From: Ramazzottius varieornatus
Lineage: Eukaryota > Animalia > Tardigrada
DNA: 64,000 nucleotides
NCBI GenBank assembly: GCA_001949185.1
Contig: BDGG01000020.1
Coordinates: forward strand, 124,001-188,000
Direction: 5' to 3'
Position numbers and translations under genes: made by a program. The notes under the pieces were generated by a model. It saw only the letters and a program-made list of their open reading frames with translations. It did not search any database and was not told the DNA's origin. Of the stretch, positions 37,601 through 50,130 are shown in pieces; within the stretch, counting starts at the first letter, position 1, and each line of letters starts with the position of its first letter.

Positions 37601-39900
37601 TCATAGTCTAATGTAACGTGCATAGGCGCTGCTTTTCCAGCGTCCAGCGTGCCTAATCTGATCTGCTGGTAAGCCTGCAATGCAGGCCGAGGTGGCGGCG
37701 CCAATGCGAAAACTGTGGAAAGTAAAATGAAGGCCCAGTAGGGTCTTCAACCAAAAATTAACATTTTGCCGGGTGAGACAATCACCGTTAGCAAAAACGT
37801 AACATGCCAATGTAGCAGGTAGCCGAAGACGGAACAGCAAGAATTTAGAGAATGCCCGCATTGGGCAACAAGATTTCTTGGTAGCACAAAGCTTGAGACT
37901 TGTAGGATGGCCATGCTGGTTCGTCTTGTCTTTCTTGATGGAGAGTAGTAGACGATCAGGATAGAGTTCGGTGTCGGATAGTAACAGAGGCCCAGCTGCA
38001 CTCGTTCGGGACTGAGCAGTGTACTCAGAAACTCGAAGAAAGCCAAAGAACGCCAGTGTAAATGCTGACCATAGCATTAATTTATCCGCGTCATTCAAAT
38101 TAGGATCTGCTTGCAGACGAGACTTGAGAACCTTGAGAACCTTCGTCGTAATCGGTTTACGGGTATCGAACTTGACATCCGTTAAGTTAGAGCAACCTTT
38201 TAAAATAAGAAAAAGCTTGACCAGGGTCTTGAAAGCCCCACTGGATGTGATGTTTTCCAATTGCTGAGACATAAACAGCTCCAGTTTTCGAGGAAGTTTT
38301 CTGCTGGGACAGAAACGCAACGAAACGATGAGCGGTGCTGACATTGGTGGGAAGGAAAGGATAGCGATGTTTCAGGCAGAAAGAAAGAAATCGTCGAACT
38401 CTGGTTCCGTAAGCTCTTCTGGTTCCTGGAGCCAAGTGGGCAGTGAGCAGTCTATCGATTTCTCGGTCAAGTACCCGACTGGCGCATTTAACGACTGATG
38501 AAGGGAGCGACTCAACTCTGTGAGGTTTGAATCCAGGGGTTCTGGTTCGGTTTTTGCAGAGTGCGCTAGTTCGCGAAAGCGGTCCATCTGGAAGCGAGAA
38601 ATTGAGTCAGCGATAGCATTTGCTACGCCAGGAATGTGCTGAATGCGCAGAGTGAAGTTTCCTTTTGCAGCATGAAAGTAAATGCGACGAATGATCTCCA
38701 GTAGACCCTTATGAGGTGACGAAAACTTCTTCCAAACCGCCACTGTGGCCTGATTGTCCGAATAAAACTGCAGGCGCTTGCCGCGCCAGTGAGACCCCCA
38801 TACCACACAAGCAAGGTACACCGGCACCAGCTCAAGCCAAGCGATCGGTGGGTTTAGCCTAAGAACCCATTCCGGCCATCTCAACTGGAACCAAGCATCA
38901 CCGCATATGCCGCCGCACCCTATCGAACCGGCTGCGTCAGTAAACAACAGCATGTCGCTAACTGGTGTCCAAACAGGGTTAAGGAAAGACGCGGAACCAT
39001 TCCAAAGGGGTAGGAACTGCTTCCAACAATCCAGATCTGCTCTGTAGTCATGATTGAGATAAACTGTATGATCGAGGCGTTTCAGACGATGCGCTAAATC
39101 CAGCATTCGACGGAGAAGTATGCGCCCTGCGGGTATGCTTGCCGACTACACTCAGGAGTTGTCTTTTGGTTGCTCGGGATATACCATCGAAGACTTTGAA
39201 CTCAGTTAGGATCTCTTTTAGTTTTGATTCGGGTACATGAAGCGTTTGAGGGATACTATCAACACCGACACCCAAGAACGTGAAGGTTGTTGAGGGTCCT
39301 TCAGTCTTATCGTCTGCTAGGGGAACACTTAAGTCCTTGCAAATATTCTCCATGTACTGCATGGCGAACCGACAGTCTTGTTCTGTAGTACACACTACGA
39401 AGAAGTCATCCATATAATGGATCCAGTAACGCGTTGGACCTTGGTGGATCAGCAACCACTTGACAAACTCGGACATTCAATTAAAGATGGCAGGTGAGGA
39501 TCGAAGGCCGAACGGTAAAACGATGTAGGAATAGTACTGTCCATTGTGGTAGTAGCCAAGCAGTGGCCAGTCTGCACTGCGCACTGGGATAAGCCGGAAG
39601 GCACTTTTGACATGCATCTTGGCCATGAAGGCACCAACACCGCACGTCGTAACCAACGCCACCGCACTATCAATACTAGAGCAATTCAACGTGAAATCTT
39701 CGGTTGCAATGAAGTCATTGACAGAACTTCCGAAAGGCCTTGACAAGTCCATGATGAGTCTGGTGCCACCTGTCTTCTTTGGTCTTACTCCAAGAGATGA
39801 CACTACAAAGCTCGGGAAAGGTGGATGGAAAAGTACGACTGATTGAATCTGACTCAAAACAGCCAAATGAGAGGCATAGCCACGGTATAGCCACACCTAT
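37601..39900 (-). mobile_element. Decayed tyrosine-recombinase retrotransposon (DIRS/Ngaro-type): RT, RNase H and YR, 5' truncated
   Basis: RT RLIMDLS...SVND, KSAFRLIPV, LPFGLRSSPAIF, HYMDDF, FLGV. RNase H LFTDAAGSIGCG, IAWLEL, SDNQATV, NAIADSISR. Overlapping YR AFFGFLRVSE...HSFRIGAAT...GRWKSSAYARYIR. Frameshifts and stops present. Confidence 0.92.
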
Positions 39901-40369
39901 GTAACCGCCGATATACATTACGTTCACCAACTTACGTGTAGCGCTCAAGTCGTGAACGTCCTTTTACTCTTCTGTGAAACGTGAAAGATAGTTGCCCAAA
40001 GTTGGCTGCGCCGCATTGTGCCTTCAGTAAAACGTATTCTAGATTCACGTTACGGTTATCAGAAATACCTTCATTCGGTCGTGATTCTCTCTGGCAAAAG
40101 ACGTCACCAGGTTTTCCGCGATGCTATTCAGAAACTTTTCCTTCACGTTTACCGCTACCACCGTACTTACAATACCGTAACCCTGAACGGCAAGGTACCG
40201 CATCAAAAACTTTTTAGCGATAGTTATTCTGGGAAGCGCGGTGGAACCTTTAGGTGGCGAGTCGATAAACCTGTGGCGGCGTGCCTTGACTCGAGGTACA
40301 TGAACGGAATCTGGCAAAAGGTTTTAGTAGCGCTAAATCAATCCCGAGACATGGCATCAGACGCAAGGG

Positions 40370-40377
40370 TATAAATA
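40370..40377 (+). promoter_or_regulatory. TATA box upstream of the Cys-repeat gene
   Basis: TATAAATA ~70 nt upstream of ATG 40447. Confidence 0.6.
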
Positions 40378-40446
40378 TGCGATGTACTTCTTTCGTACCC
40401 AGTACAAAACCCCTTCCTCAGAGTAGAGTCTTGACCATCCACGATC

Positions 40447-41973
40447 ATGGCGATCTTTTCCTTACCTCTTTTCATTTTGTTAGCAGTGCCTTACTTCGTC
40501 AGGGGACAATTTTTTCCTGGTTTCCGACCGAAATGCCCTAACGGTTACCCAGTTGTTGATGAGAAAGAAGTCGAGATTTCGTGCCTGGAAGGACTGAACC
40601 GACAATGCCCTGAAGGAACGCATTGCCTTCTTGTTCCTGATGGAAGCTGGGCCGTATGCTGCTCTCGGGATCCCCCCATCGATTTTCCTCCGAGAGACGA
40701 CCGATGTGAACTTGGTCAACCTGCTCGAGATCCCTGCGGAGACTTCATTCGCTGCCCACCTGCATCCGATGGTCGTCATTGTCCTAACGGCTACCAGTGC
40801 AACCCCAATACGAAGTACTCGGAGCCGCTGTGCTGCCCCGTTGAGAAGGACGAACCCGAACTATGCCCAGTTGGTCGGCCTGCCAGGGATGAGAAGGGTG
40901 AGCAGTATAAGTGTGGCAAAAGTCCGATTCATCGTGAGTGTCCCGAAGGAACCAGATGTCATGTCTCCGACGTCGACGCGTATGCCGTGTGCTGTCAAGA
41001 AATCAAGTGCCGGAATGGCGAGACTCCAACAGACGAGACTGGTGAGCCGTATTTCTGCGGTAGCAGTAACTGCCCAGAAGGCACCGAATGTCAGCGTTCG
41101 TCCGATGGACTATACACTGTGTGCCGTAAACGTGACAGGGAGCCAGTAAAGTGCCCAGTCGGTGACCCAGTAACAAGCGAGAACGGGGAGCAACTAATAT
41201 GCCGCAACAACGCAATGTCTGCTCGTGTATGTCCAAGAGGTACTCGATGCATTGATTCACCGGATGGGACATATGGTATGTGCTGTAAACTCGACATTGT
41301 CAGACCTCCCAGGTGTGACATCGGCGAGCCTGTTCGAGATGAGAACGGCCAAGAGTACTTCTGTGGACGGGGACCTGGTTACCGTAAATGCCCGTACGGT
41401 ACCGTTTGTCATATCTCTCCTATAGACGCCTACGCCGTCTGCTGCCAATCCGAAGAACGTAAGTGCGGCAATGCTGAACCTGCACTGGACGAGAATGGCC
41501 TGCAGTACCGCTGTGGCCGTGGAAGACAGTGTCCAGAAGGTACAGAGTGTCAGCATAATGAGTATGACGGAGGTATATGCTGCAAACCCAAGGAACCGAG
41601 AGTTTGTCCCATTGGAAAGCCTCTGACGGACAACAATGGCGACCCCTACCGTTGCAGCACCAGAGAGAACAGCCGCGGCTGTCCATGGGGTTCGTTCTGT
41701 GTTGCCCTTGACTTGTTTGGTACAAAGTGCAGCGGTGTTTGCTGTCCGTATGACAAACCAGCTCGACGATGCCCGAGCGGATATCCACAAACAGATGAGA
41801 AGGGCGTGGAGCTGTTCTGTGGTAGAGGACCATGCCACCATGACTGTCCCCGGGGTAGCGTGTGCAACATCTTACCGTGGGATGGATCCGCTGTCTGCTG
41901 CCCGGAGAAGATGAAACTCATCGACATCGGCGTCGCCGACGCCGCCCAGGCCAAAGCGGCCAGAAGAACCTAG
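40447..41973 (+). CDS. Secreted Cys-rich repeat protein (508 aa) with nine lustrin-Cys/WR1-like modules, intronless
   Basis: Signal peptide MAIFSLPLFILLAVPYFVRG. Nine repeats of C-x-x-G-x-P...C...CP-x-G-x-x-C...CC. Long uninterrupted ORF. Confidence 0.88.
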   Translation: MAIFSLPLFILLAVPYFVRGQFFPGFRPKCPNGYPVVDEKEVEISCLEGLNRQCPEGTHCLLVPDGSWAVCCSRDPPIDFPPRDDRCELGQPARDPCGDFIRCPPASDGRHCPNGYQCNPNTKYSEPLCCPVEKDEPELCPVGRPARDEKGEQYKCGKSPIHRECPEGTRCHVSDVDAYAVCCQEIKCRNGETPTDETGEPYFCGSSNCPEGTECQRSSDGLYTVCRKRDREPVKCPVGDPVTSENGEQLICRNNAMSARVCPRGTRCIDSPDGTYGMCCKLDIVRPPRCDIGEPVRDENGQEYFCGRGPGYRKCPYGTVCHISPIDAYAVCCQSEERKCGNAEPALDENGLQYRCGRGRQCPEGTECQHNEYDGGICCKPKEPRVCPIGKPLTDNNGDPYRCSTRENSRGCPWGSFCVALDLFGTKCSGVCCPYDKPARRCPSGYPQTDEKGVELFCGRGPCHHDCPRGSVCNILPWDGSAVCCPEKMKLIDIGVADAAQAKAARRT

Positions 41974-42484
41974 AAGATGCTCGCTATTTTCAGTGTATGG
42001 TGTGAGGCTTGACTCGAACGTGCTCGAGTGATTAGGTTACTGTATAACTTCTGAGTCTAAGCATGGAACTGCATCTGGCGAAACGACGCTGAGGACATAC
42101 CGTAATAATTCTCACTTCTCCACTCCATCACACGGACGAGTGTCCTAATCGAGAAAGTGCGGTGAGATTTGAATTTACTTCAGGAGACAGAAGTACTCGT
42201 AGAAAAAAACCAAGGATGCCGTTCTACAGCACGGCAAGGTATCACGTGACAGTGTGATTACGCATACTTGTGCCGAACGCAATCCACCTACTGGCTAGCT
42301 TCAGCTTGAAGAAATCGTGCGTGTGACGTAGTGGAGAAGTGAGAATTATAACTGTAATGACAATTTTGTGCTGTGAAAATAAAACTTGAAAATGTCTCCC
42401 TGGGTGGTTCCAGTTGATAAGCGTAACTGAGCTGAATCGCCCAATCGAATCCGAAGAATCTTACGGGTGAGACTTGGTCAGAAG

Positions 42485-43890
42485 AAAAATCCTGGAAGAT
42501 AGTGCGGGATCCGGAAGTTACGGGTCGCAATGGCTGCAGTGACGTGAAGCTCTTTGATTGAGTATTTTGATTGATCACAACTTGTTTAGCCGATCACCTG
42601 TCTAGCACGTTCGAACTCGGTGGCGCGCCATCGCGCATTGCCAACGTGTGATGCTTCGCCATTCTGAACCCGAATCTCAAAGCAGCTGATCGGCTTAGCA
42701 ACTTGTGAGTTGTGGCAAATCAGAATACTCAATCAAAGAGCTTCACGTCACTGTAGCGATTGCAAGCCGTAAATTCCGGATCCCGCACTATCTTCCTATT
42801 TTTTCCGACTACAGTACAAGGTAAAACCAGCGAACTTGTCCATGCAAAATCGCATGGCGAACTTGTCCACTTTAAGGCCGCGTGGTGGAAGCACCGTCTA
42901 TTGCCACACTTACCGCAACTATTCGTGGGATCTGTCCCCAAACGTACGGTATCTATTACGACTCACACCTTACGCCTTGGCTGCCGAACGCTGGCTCATC
43001 TCCTCCGTTTTCACCGCTTAGATGGCAGCATCCATGATCTGTTTGCTAACTTCTGCTGCTGTACAAAGCTTAGACTGAGGCATTTTGTGGTAATCCCTTT
43101 CGAAAATAAACGTACCAAGCGCGAGAAGCTTGCAAATTTCTTTTATGAAAACTGGCAGTGTTGCATTGTAATTACCGTATACGTACCGCATATCGCTAGC
43201 GCGACGGAAATACGTCACCCAACTGGTTTCAGCGAAGACATGGTGGTGTGCAGCTCATTAACGATCCAGTGACGTAGCCTCATAGAGCAGAAAACGCGAA
43301 ATGCGCGCCTCTATCGACTGGTTCAAAATTTTTCCCATAGGCTTTTTAACATAGCACCAACCCCTCTTCCTGGAAGACCTCATACGAGGTCTCCTGTACG
43401 CTCCTTTGCTTTCGGACTATAGGTGAAATCGAGACGTTTTTTGCTATCTAACGACTCAATAAACACGCAACACCAGTCAGTACTTTCCGAGATCCAAGGC
43501 GGGCAAGTTCGCCATGCGATTTTGCATGGACAAGTTCGCTGGTTTTACCTCGTAGGTCTATAGCTCAAACTGGGGAGGAAGCTCCCCTCTATCTTCTTGC
43601 GATATCGGTTTGACCATCGGGATTTAACGGTTGCCGTTATCCCCTCGTGAGTATTTTGATTTGCCACAAGTTGCTCAACCGATCAGCTGCTTTGACATTC
43701 GGGTACAGAAGGGCGAAGCATGACAGGTGGGCAGTGCTGGATGACGCGCCATCGAGTTATAACGTACTAAACAGCTGATCGGCGGAACGATTTTGTGATC
43801 AATCAAAATACTCAACCAAAGAGCTTCACATCACTGCAGCGATTTCGACCCGTTACTTCTGGATCCCGCAGTATTTTCCAGGATTTTTAT
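42485..43890. repeat. Composite fold-back element with nested inverted repeats
   Basis: 42489-42570 is inverted at both 42722-42797 and ~43800-43888. ~42570-42730 is inverted at ~43640-43800. 42821-42866 is inverted at 43504-43548. Confidence 0.75.
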
Positions 43891-44234
43891 GCGCCCCAAC
43901 CATATAGCTTGAACTGGGCGCCAGACTCTCCTCTTTCTTCCTGTGAAGTCGACTTGACCATCAGGATTTGATGGTTGGCGTAATCCCATTGTGAGCAAGT
44001 GGTCAGTCAGCACTTTTCAACTACAATGCTTGCGGCACCAGAGGGTAGTTTTGTCGCGTCAAGCAGCAGGTGTCGAAATTAGCCATTGCTTGAAGCAGAT
44101 ACTTCTGTCTAATCTGCAGAAACATCGAGAGACGTGTTGTCTTTTAGGCTTCAGTGGCATTTGTAGTGCAAACTGGAACCGTCTGCAACCAGTTGAGGAA
44201 TTATTTGCCACGCGGCTTTAATATTTTCAAGATC

Positions 44235-44579
44235 ATGAGGAATTCTCAGATTATGCTATGCATCCTGCTATCCGGTGTGACAGCTTCCGCCCAAGGAGCC
44301 TATAATAGTGTCCGTTCGGCTCGCCGGCCAGCGACTCCAGCGGACTACAGTACTTTTGCGGACGTGGCCCTAGTCGTCGTCAGCATCCTGGTGATCGCTT
44401 TGCCGTATGCTGTCCTGAGCAGAAGTGTCCAAATGGCGATCCAGTCCAGGATCAAAACGGGGTGGAATATTTTTGTGGACTTGGACCGACTAGTCGAAGT
44501 TGCCCCAGTGGAACTTCATGTAATATCTCTCCTGTTGATGCGTTTGCTGTCTGTTGCCGGCGACCTGTTCCTCATGTAA
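44235..44579 (+). CDS. Possible exon of a signal-peptide/TM protein
   Basis: MRNSQIMLCILLSGVTASAQG leader, hydrophobic VALVVVSILVIALPYAVL, and a gtaagt donor overlapping the ORF end. No recognised domain. Confidence 0.3.
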   Translation: MRNSQIMLCILLSGVTASAQGAYNSVRSARRPATPADYSTFADVALVVVSILVIALPYAVLSRSVQMAIQSRIKTGWNIFVDLDRLVEVAPVELHVISLLLMRLLSVAGDLFLM

Positions 44580-44776
44580 GTTAATGCAGGAAGCTGGGTG
44601 TCTGAAGGCATCAGTTGTGTTCTATTATAATTACCATACGATTTTCGCTGCCCCGTGCGCGTGGTTCAAATAAATTGTTGGAAACAGAAGCACAGCAGGA
44701 ACTTCAACAGACAGGAAACCTCGGCCAATATACCGCACCACCATCGATAACAAACTTTGGCGAATCAGCGGTGGCA

Positions 44777-44953
44777 NNNNNNNNNNNNNNNNNNNNNNNN
44801 NNNNNNNNNNNNNNNNNNNNNNNNNNNNNNNNNNNNNNNNNNNNNNNNNNNNNNNNNNNNNNNNNNNNNNNNNNNNNNNNNNNNNNNNNNNNNNNNNNNN
44901 NNNNNNNNNNNNNNNNNNNNNNNNNNNNNNNNNNNNNNNNNNNNNNNNNNNNN
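44777..44953. other. Assembly gap (N run)
   Basis: Run of n characters. Confidence 0.99.
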
Positions 44954-47109
44954 ACACAAAAGTACCTCGTTTTCTTTCTGGCGGCGAACCATGGTCTGTC
45001 ACCGCTGTGGCGAATTATCTCTTAAAGCGGAGGTGTTGCAGCTGTGACACACCATGGTTCGCCGCCAGAAAGAAAACGAGGTACTTTTGTGTGGTCGCCT
45101 GCCCGTATAGTACCTTGATTTCTCTTTCAACGTACCACACCATGTTTTCTTGGTTCTCTGGCCCCACGGGCCTACTTCGCGAATTCTGCTGGCCCATGGG
45201 CCAGAGCATCAGTAACCTTGGCCCCTGGGCCATTTGGACCTACCGTCTTCCAGACCTCAACGCGTCACTGGCAGTCTGAGCCGATGAGCACTTCCGTCAG
45301 TCTACGACTCTACATAACCTGATTTCATAGTGCGTGCTATGGCCCCGGGGGGACTAGTGTCACAGCAGGCGCCGTTCCAGGTACATATTTTCTGGCTGAC
45401 AATGTGACGTCAAGAACTTGTTCTAACACCATTTTGGACAGCTAAACGTTATGCGTGTTCGATTCGATCTATCGGTTAGGGCACAGCTGACTGCACAGCC
45501 CGTTCCATATTTGACAGAATGGTTCACCAGTGCGGCGGTCTGACGCACCATAGATACAAATTTGAATGGCCTGCTGTGTGCTGTACAGAGGCTGAGCGCA
45601 TACCATCATGCACCCGCAGAAACTGCACACTGTGCAGTACCGAACAGAGGTCCTTGGATGATTTTGGCCTGTCCTTGGACGCTACAGGCTGTGTATCTTG
45701 TCTCCACCAAACAATCAACATGCTGTGACACTTGTCTCAGCGTGGCCGCGAACGAGCAGCGAAGCAGCCAGCTGTATCGACGCACCCTGCTAATTTTGGG
45801 CAGTATATGATGTTTGCGCCTTTAAAGACAGGCGTTTTCTTGTCCAACTTTGAGTACAACCAGCATCACGAAATCTCGCGACCATGTCTCGCTGCCTACA
45901 AAGCCTTCCTGCTCGGTATCGGTGTGAGGGTAGTCGAGACTGTGCGGAAGACATCGACCAGCGCGGCTGTTCTTCGACCAGCAGCGGTCCGACAACACTG
46001 ACAACGACTCATAATTGTCCATTTTCTTTTGTGTCTCAGGTCTTTTGGTTTCTCCAGGAAAAAAGAGTAGCTCAAATCCAATGTTCCTCTCAGACAACAG
46101 CGCATTAGAATACGTCAAAGAGTACGCTCCGTGACATTTTTGAGGAGCTTGCTCAAACCAGGCCTGGGATGGTCGTATCCTTCGTTCTCGCGATCCTTGT
46201 CCAACGGAAAACGAGACACTTCTCGATCCTGTTCAAGTCCCGAACGGTCAGACACTTGAGTCAGAGGACGGCGAACAGGACTAGCTAGTGCGCACACGCG
46301 CAGCCTGTACGCACTGGTGATTCTGCCCCTTTTTCGGTCGGGGGCATATTCGTGACGTAGAATATCATAGAAAGCACAGTGGAAGCAAGCGGTCGAAGAG
46401 ACAAAACCGGAGCTCCTCTAGAAAACTTCAGCTGATTTTCTTTGCCTATTGGAGAACATTAGTTAATAAAGAATTTTTGTTCATTGTGTTTGTACGTTTT
46501 CTTGAGCCGAACGAATGGTTCATCGTCGATATGATGATTGCTATGGTCATAGCTGAATGCTGGAGCTGTACATACGCCGGATGGTATATATGATATCAGC
46601 AACTTCTGACGGGACAGACTAGCCTACCGTCAGGCCGTCCGTCTGCCAGACTTTGTTCGGACCATGTCAGAAGTCACTCAGAACACGTTCTGACGAGAAC
46701 AAACCGACCGAAACCAAAGAAAAGAAACGGATTGGGAACGAACAGGACCGCATCGCAATCGAAAAAGGACCGGACTGAGAACGACCATGAAGGAAACCGG
46801 ACTGCGAACGAATGCGCACCACCGCACCCGGATCTCAGAACAGACTCGGGAAATACAGCTGCCGGATGCTTTCTGAGTCCGCTCCGTCGCCGTTCTGCGT
46901 CTCGGCTCGGACCGGTCTTTGGTCTTCAGATCTGACGGGTGTGACTGTTGCCTTGATTTTCATTCTCCTGAGGAAAAAAACTGCGCTCGATGCTTGATTG
47001 AGTGAAAGAATGTACGCAGTTGCGTGAAAGCTATTCGTTAAATGCTCTGTACCTCGCTTTCATGCGTGCTGCCTTTCCTGCTTGAGGATTCTCGCCGAGC
47101 TCTTTATCC

Positions 47110-47406
47110 TCAATTTCCTCCAGCCGCGTCTGCTCCAGCGGATCGACAAGTAACAAGTGTTTCTTCGGTGTCAGAACTTAGCTCTATTACAGCACCGACA
47201 ACTGCTGGCGTTGCATCGTTGTCTTCCTTCTCAGTGCCACGTTCATCGTTCGTGCTGTTTTACGAAAGTCCACTTGGTGGTGGTTCAACCGGCTTCAGCC
47301 ACCTTGTACGCGGGGACTACTGCTTAGGCTTGGGGTGGTCTTCGTCCATCCCCAAGATCATGCATGTCAGAACAGTAATGATAACAAGGGAGACAATTCT
47401 AGCCAT
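47110..47406 (-). pseudogene. Possible pseudogene of a small secreted acidic peptide
   Basis: MARIVSLVIITVLTCMILG signal-like leader. The frame continues 99 codons with two internal stops (TAG, TAA). Confidence 0.35.
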
Positions 47407-48439
47407 GTATGTTTGTTCCTTCGCGTTAGTTGATGATTAGCTCTCGGCTCTTTAGCCGGATACTCTAACACTTCTGGAACGTTTCGCCCGGAAATAGTCT
47501 ACAAATGTACTAATAGGTGGTTTTATTCGTTAGAAACTGCAGCTAAGACGGGAGATTTTGGCGGAATCAGACGACTACCCACAGACTTTCACTTCCTAAG
47601 AGCTGAAGCCAAAAACGGCTCACTACTGGCTCGAATGTCCATCCACATCCTCCCGGAGAACAAGGGAGTTCTAGATTCGTCTGTTCCAATATACTTCTTT
47701 AAGCAGCTCCGAACTACTTCACTGCAGAAGGTTCTCATGGTCCGAGAGCTTCCAAACCAGTTGGCCATATCATTTTACGCAACGACGGTACAATATTTCC
47801 GTACAGGAGCCATGAAACACGGGTTCTTCATGGCTCATGAAAGTTCCTCGTGGAAATTCTTTGCACGGAAGTCCCTTGTTCTGTAGTACCCGAATGTTTC
47901 GAATGTGTATTGGCTCATATTTGCAATGGGCGGGACCGGCTTGCCAGGCTCGTGCAGCAGAGCCGCGCGAACGAAAATCTCGAATAACGGTTCCGAAAAG
48001 GACCGAAATAAAAGTATGACACATCAGCGATGAAAACCAATATTGCACGAGCATAAAACAACAGAGCGGAATCTTAATTACAAAAAACTCAATAAAATTG
48101 ATTTTTCATTCGATATACGATATTAGACGTGGCACCCTAGAAGTAACCGCTAGTGCAGGTCTGCTACTGGCCGTCTCGCGCTTGGTGGGACAGGCGGAAA
48201 GGACAGCAAAATGGTACTGTGATACTTCTTGAATCTCACGCACTGACGTCCGTCACCATGCGCGCCACTTGTACGGGTGTAGTGACTCATATAATTCACG
48301 CGTAGTGTGACGTAGTTTCCCTTGGAGTCACAAAACGTCAAGCTCGTTTCCCGAACAATTTGACTCGTAATCGTTCGTACGCAACTGGGCCGCCGATATC
48401 CAAATAGTAAAGCGTCTGTACTGCCTGGAACTGTTTTCT

Positions 48440-48746
48440 GTACGCACGATGGAGAATTATGGGACAGGCGGAAAGGACAGCAAAATGGTACTGTAATGCG
48501 TCTTGAATCTCACGCACTGACGTCCGTCACCATGCAAGCCACTTTTATGGGTTTAGTGACTCATATACTGTAGTTCACGCGTGGTGAACTATATGAGATT
48601 CAAGAAGCATTACAGTAACATGACCGTAGGACAGTATCGAAAAGTGTATTACGGTGAATCAGGCGCGTACGTATCCGTACCGCCGTAGCGAAAATGCCTG
48701 TCCGCTATTTTTTACTGTCCCATAATTACCCCATCGCGCGTGTACA
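48440..48746. repeat. TIR MITE family; related copies at ~32380-32575 and a partial duplicate at ~48185-48310
   Basis: gagaattatgggacagg / ctgtcccataatt ends. Block ggacaggcggaaaggacagcaaaatggtactgt is duplicated. Confidence 0.65.
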
Positions 48747-48899
48747 GTGTACACTATCCCGGTTGATTTAGTGACGATGAAATAAGTACGCTTCATGTAC
48801 GTTTATTAAACGGGAAACTATGACTGAACTATGCTTTGGCCGTTACAACCCTGACCCGTGAGCGGTTCAAGTATGGCGCAACATGGCAGAACCATGGCG

Positions 48900-50130
48900 G
48901 AACTATGGCAAAGATACCTTCTCTTTCATCCACCCACGCAGGGTGTTCTTGTTGCCTTGGTTCAGGGTGAACGGAGTGGGATCCGGACGGAAGAGTCGTA
49001 TGCGTTTCGGGACCGACAGACGGTCGACCGAAGCCTGTTGCTCCAGCGACAAACGGACAAACTTCTTCACACTGCCACCATCCTTCACTGGAGAACAGAA
49101 CCTGAAAGAAGGCGGAAGACGATCAGCAAAGCTTCCAGAGAGCTAAAGTAGACGATCCGTAAACGGCTTACTTGACTGCATCGCCGGACTGAGCTTCACG
49201 ACGACCGACTGGAGTTGAAGACCTGAAAAGTTGCAAGGTATCGAATGAGTACAGTTGAACCTCTCAGAAAGACATCAAATTGATACAGGACACTCTCGAT
49301 TCACGTATTTGGAATGAGAGAATGACTTACGCGGGTTTCTTTTTGAGGATGCTTCTCTTGGGTGTCTGCGCCAACAGCCTTTACAATGCACACATTCACG
49401 TTGCAGTCGTCGCCCTTGTAGCGGAAGACCGGCGGACTCAGGCTCTTCTTGGCACTACCCAGTTGTTCCTTCTCGATCGGAAAAGTGGCTCTACGAGGCA
49501 GTGGTGTTCGCTGCAACCTGTTCTCGTCATCCTTCGCCAGCAAGTCAGCCTTTTCTTCCAACGACTCAGCCATAGTCTGGCTTCCCACAAAGTTTGCCAA
49601 CGACTCCTCTTTGATGAAGCTCACCCACTGTCGGCGCGAAAGTGGCGGAGAAGTCCAAATGGCGTCACCATCTTGAAGCACTTTCAGATACGCCAGTTTC
49701 TAAAACCACAAAAGAAACCAATCAACAAGCAAATCTGATTCGAACACGGCCCTGAGTTGGCTGCACCGTGTTACAACACGGCCGTGCTTCGTCGCATTCT
49801 CATCGCGCATGACGTAACTGAGTCAGATTTCAGGCTGGCTCACACGAGCGCGTTGAAAACTCGAACCGCCAGACGTCAGTCGGGCGCCAAGCGAAATTTT
49901 TGTCTTGACTGTCTTGTTTAGGCCAAAGCCATTCTAGCAGGGGGATGGTTTTGTTTAGGCTCACAGATGGAGTCTTCATGGCGTCTGGAGTGCCTCCGCG
50001 AACTTTGAACGGCAAGTCCTCCGGCAACGGGATCAAGGATTGTATCGTATCGGCGGTGGTGAAGGAATCCAGCGAGTTATCAGACATCCGAGGGGCTCGT
50101 TGACTATGGCATATTTCAGTTCGTCTATCA
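48900..50130 (-). CDS. Uncharacterised coding exons (separate gene or distal 3' exons of the PDZ-TM gene)
   Basis: Open, S/P/K-rich frames bounded by AG/GT sites (~50127-49845, ~49700-49331, ~49120-48903). Could not be joined unambiguously. Confidence 0.35.

Noticed and set aside
37601-38435. Phage integrase or bacterial horizontal transfer
   Set aside because: The tyrosine recombinase overlaps RT-RNase H in the arrangement typical of eukaryotic YR retrotransposons.
40631-41954. Alternative-frame and antisense ORFs over the Cys-repeat gene
   Set aside because: By-products of codon composition in the real 508-aa ORF.
44615-45047. ORFs containing X runs
   Set aside because: Artefacts of translating through the N gap.
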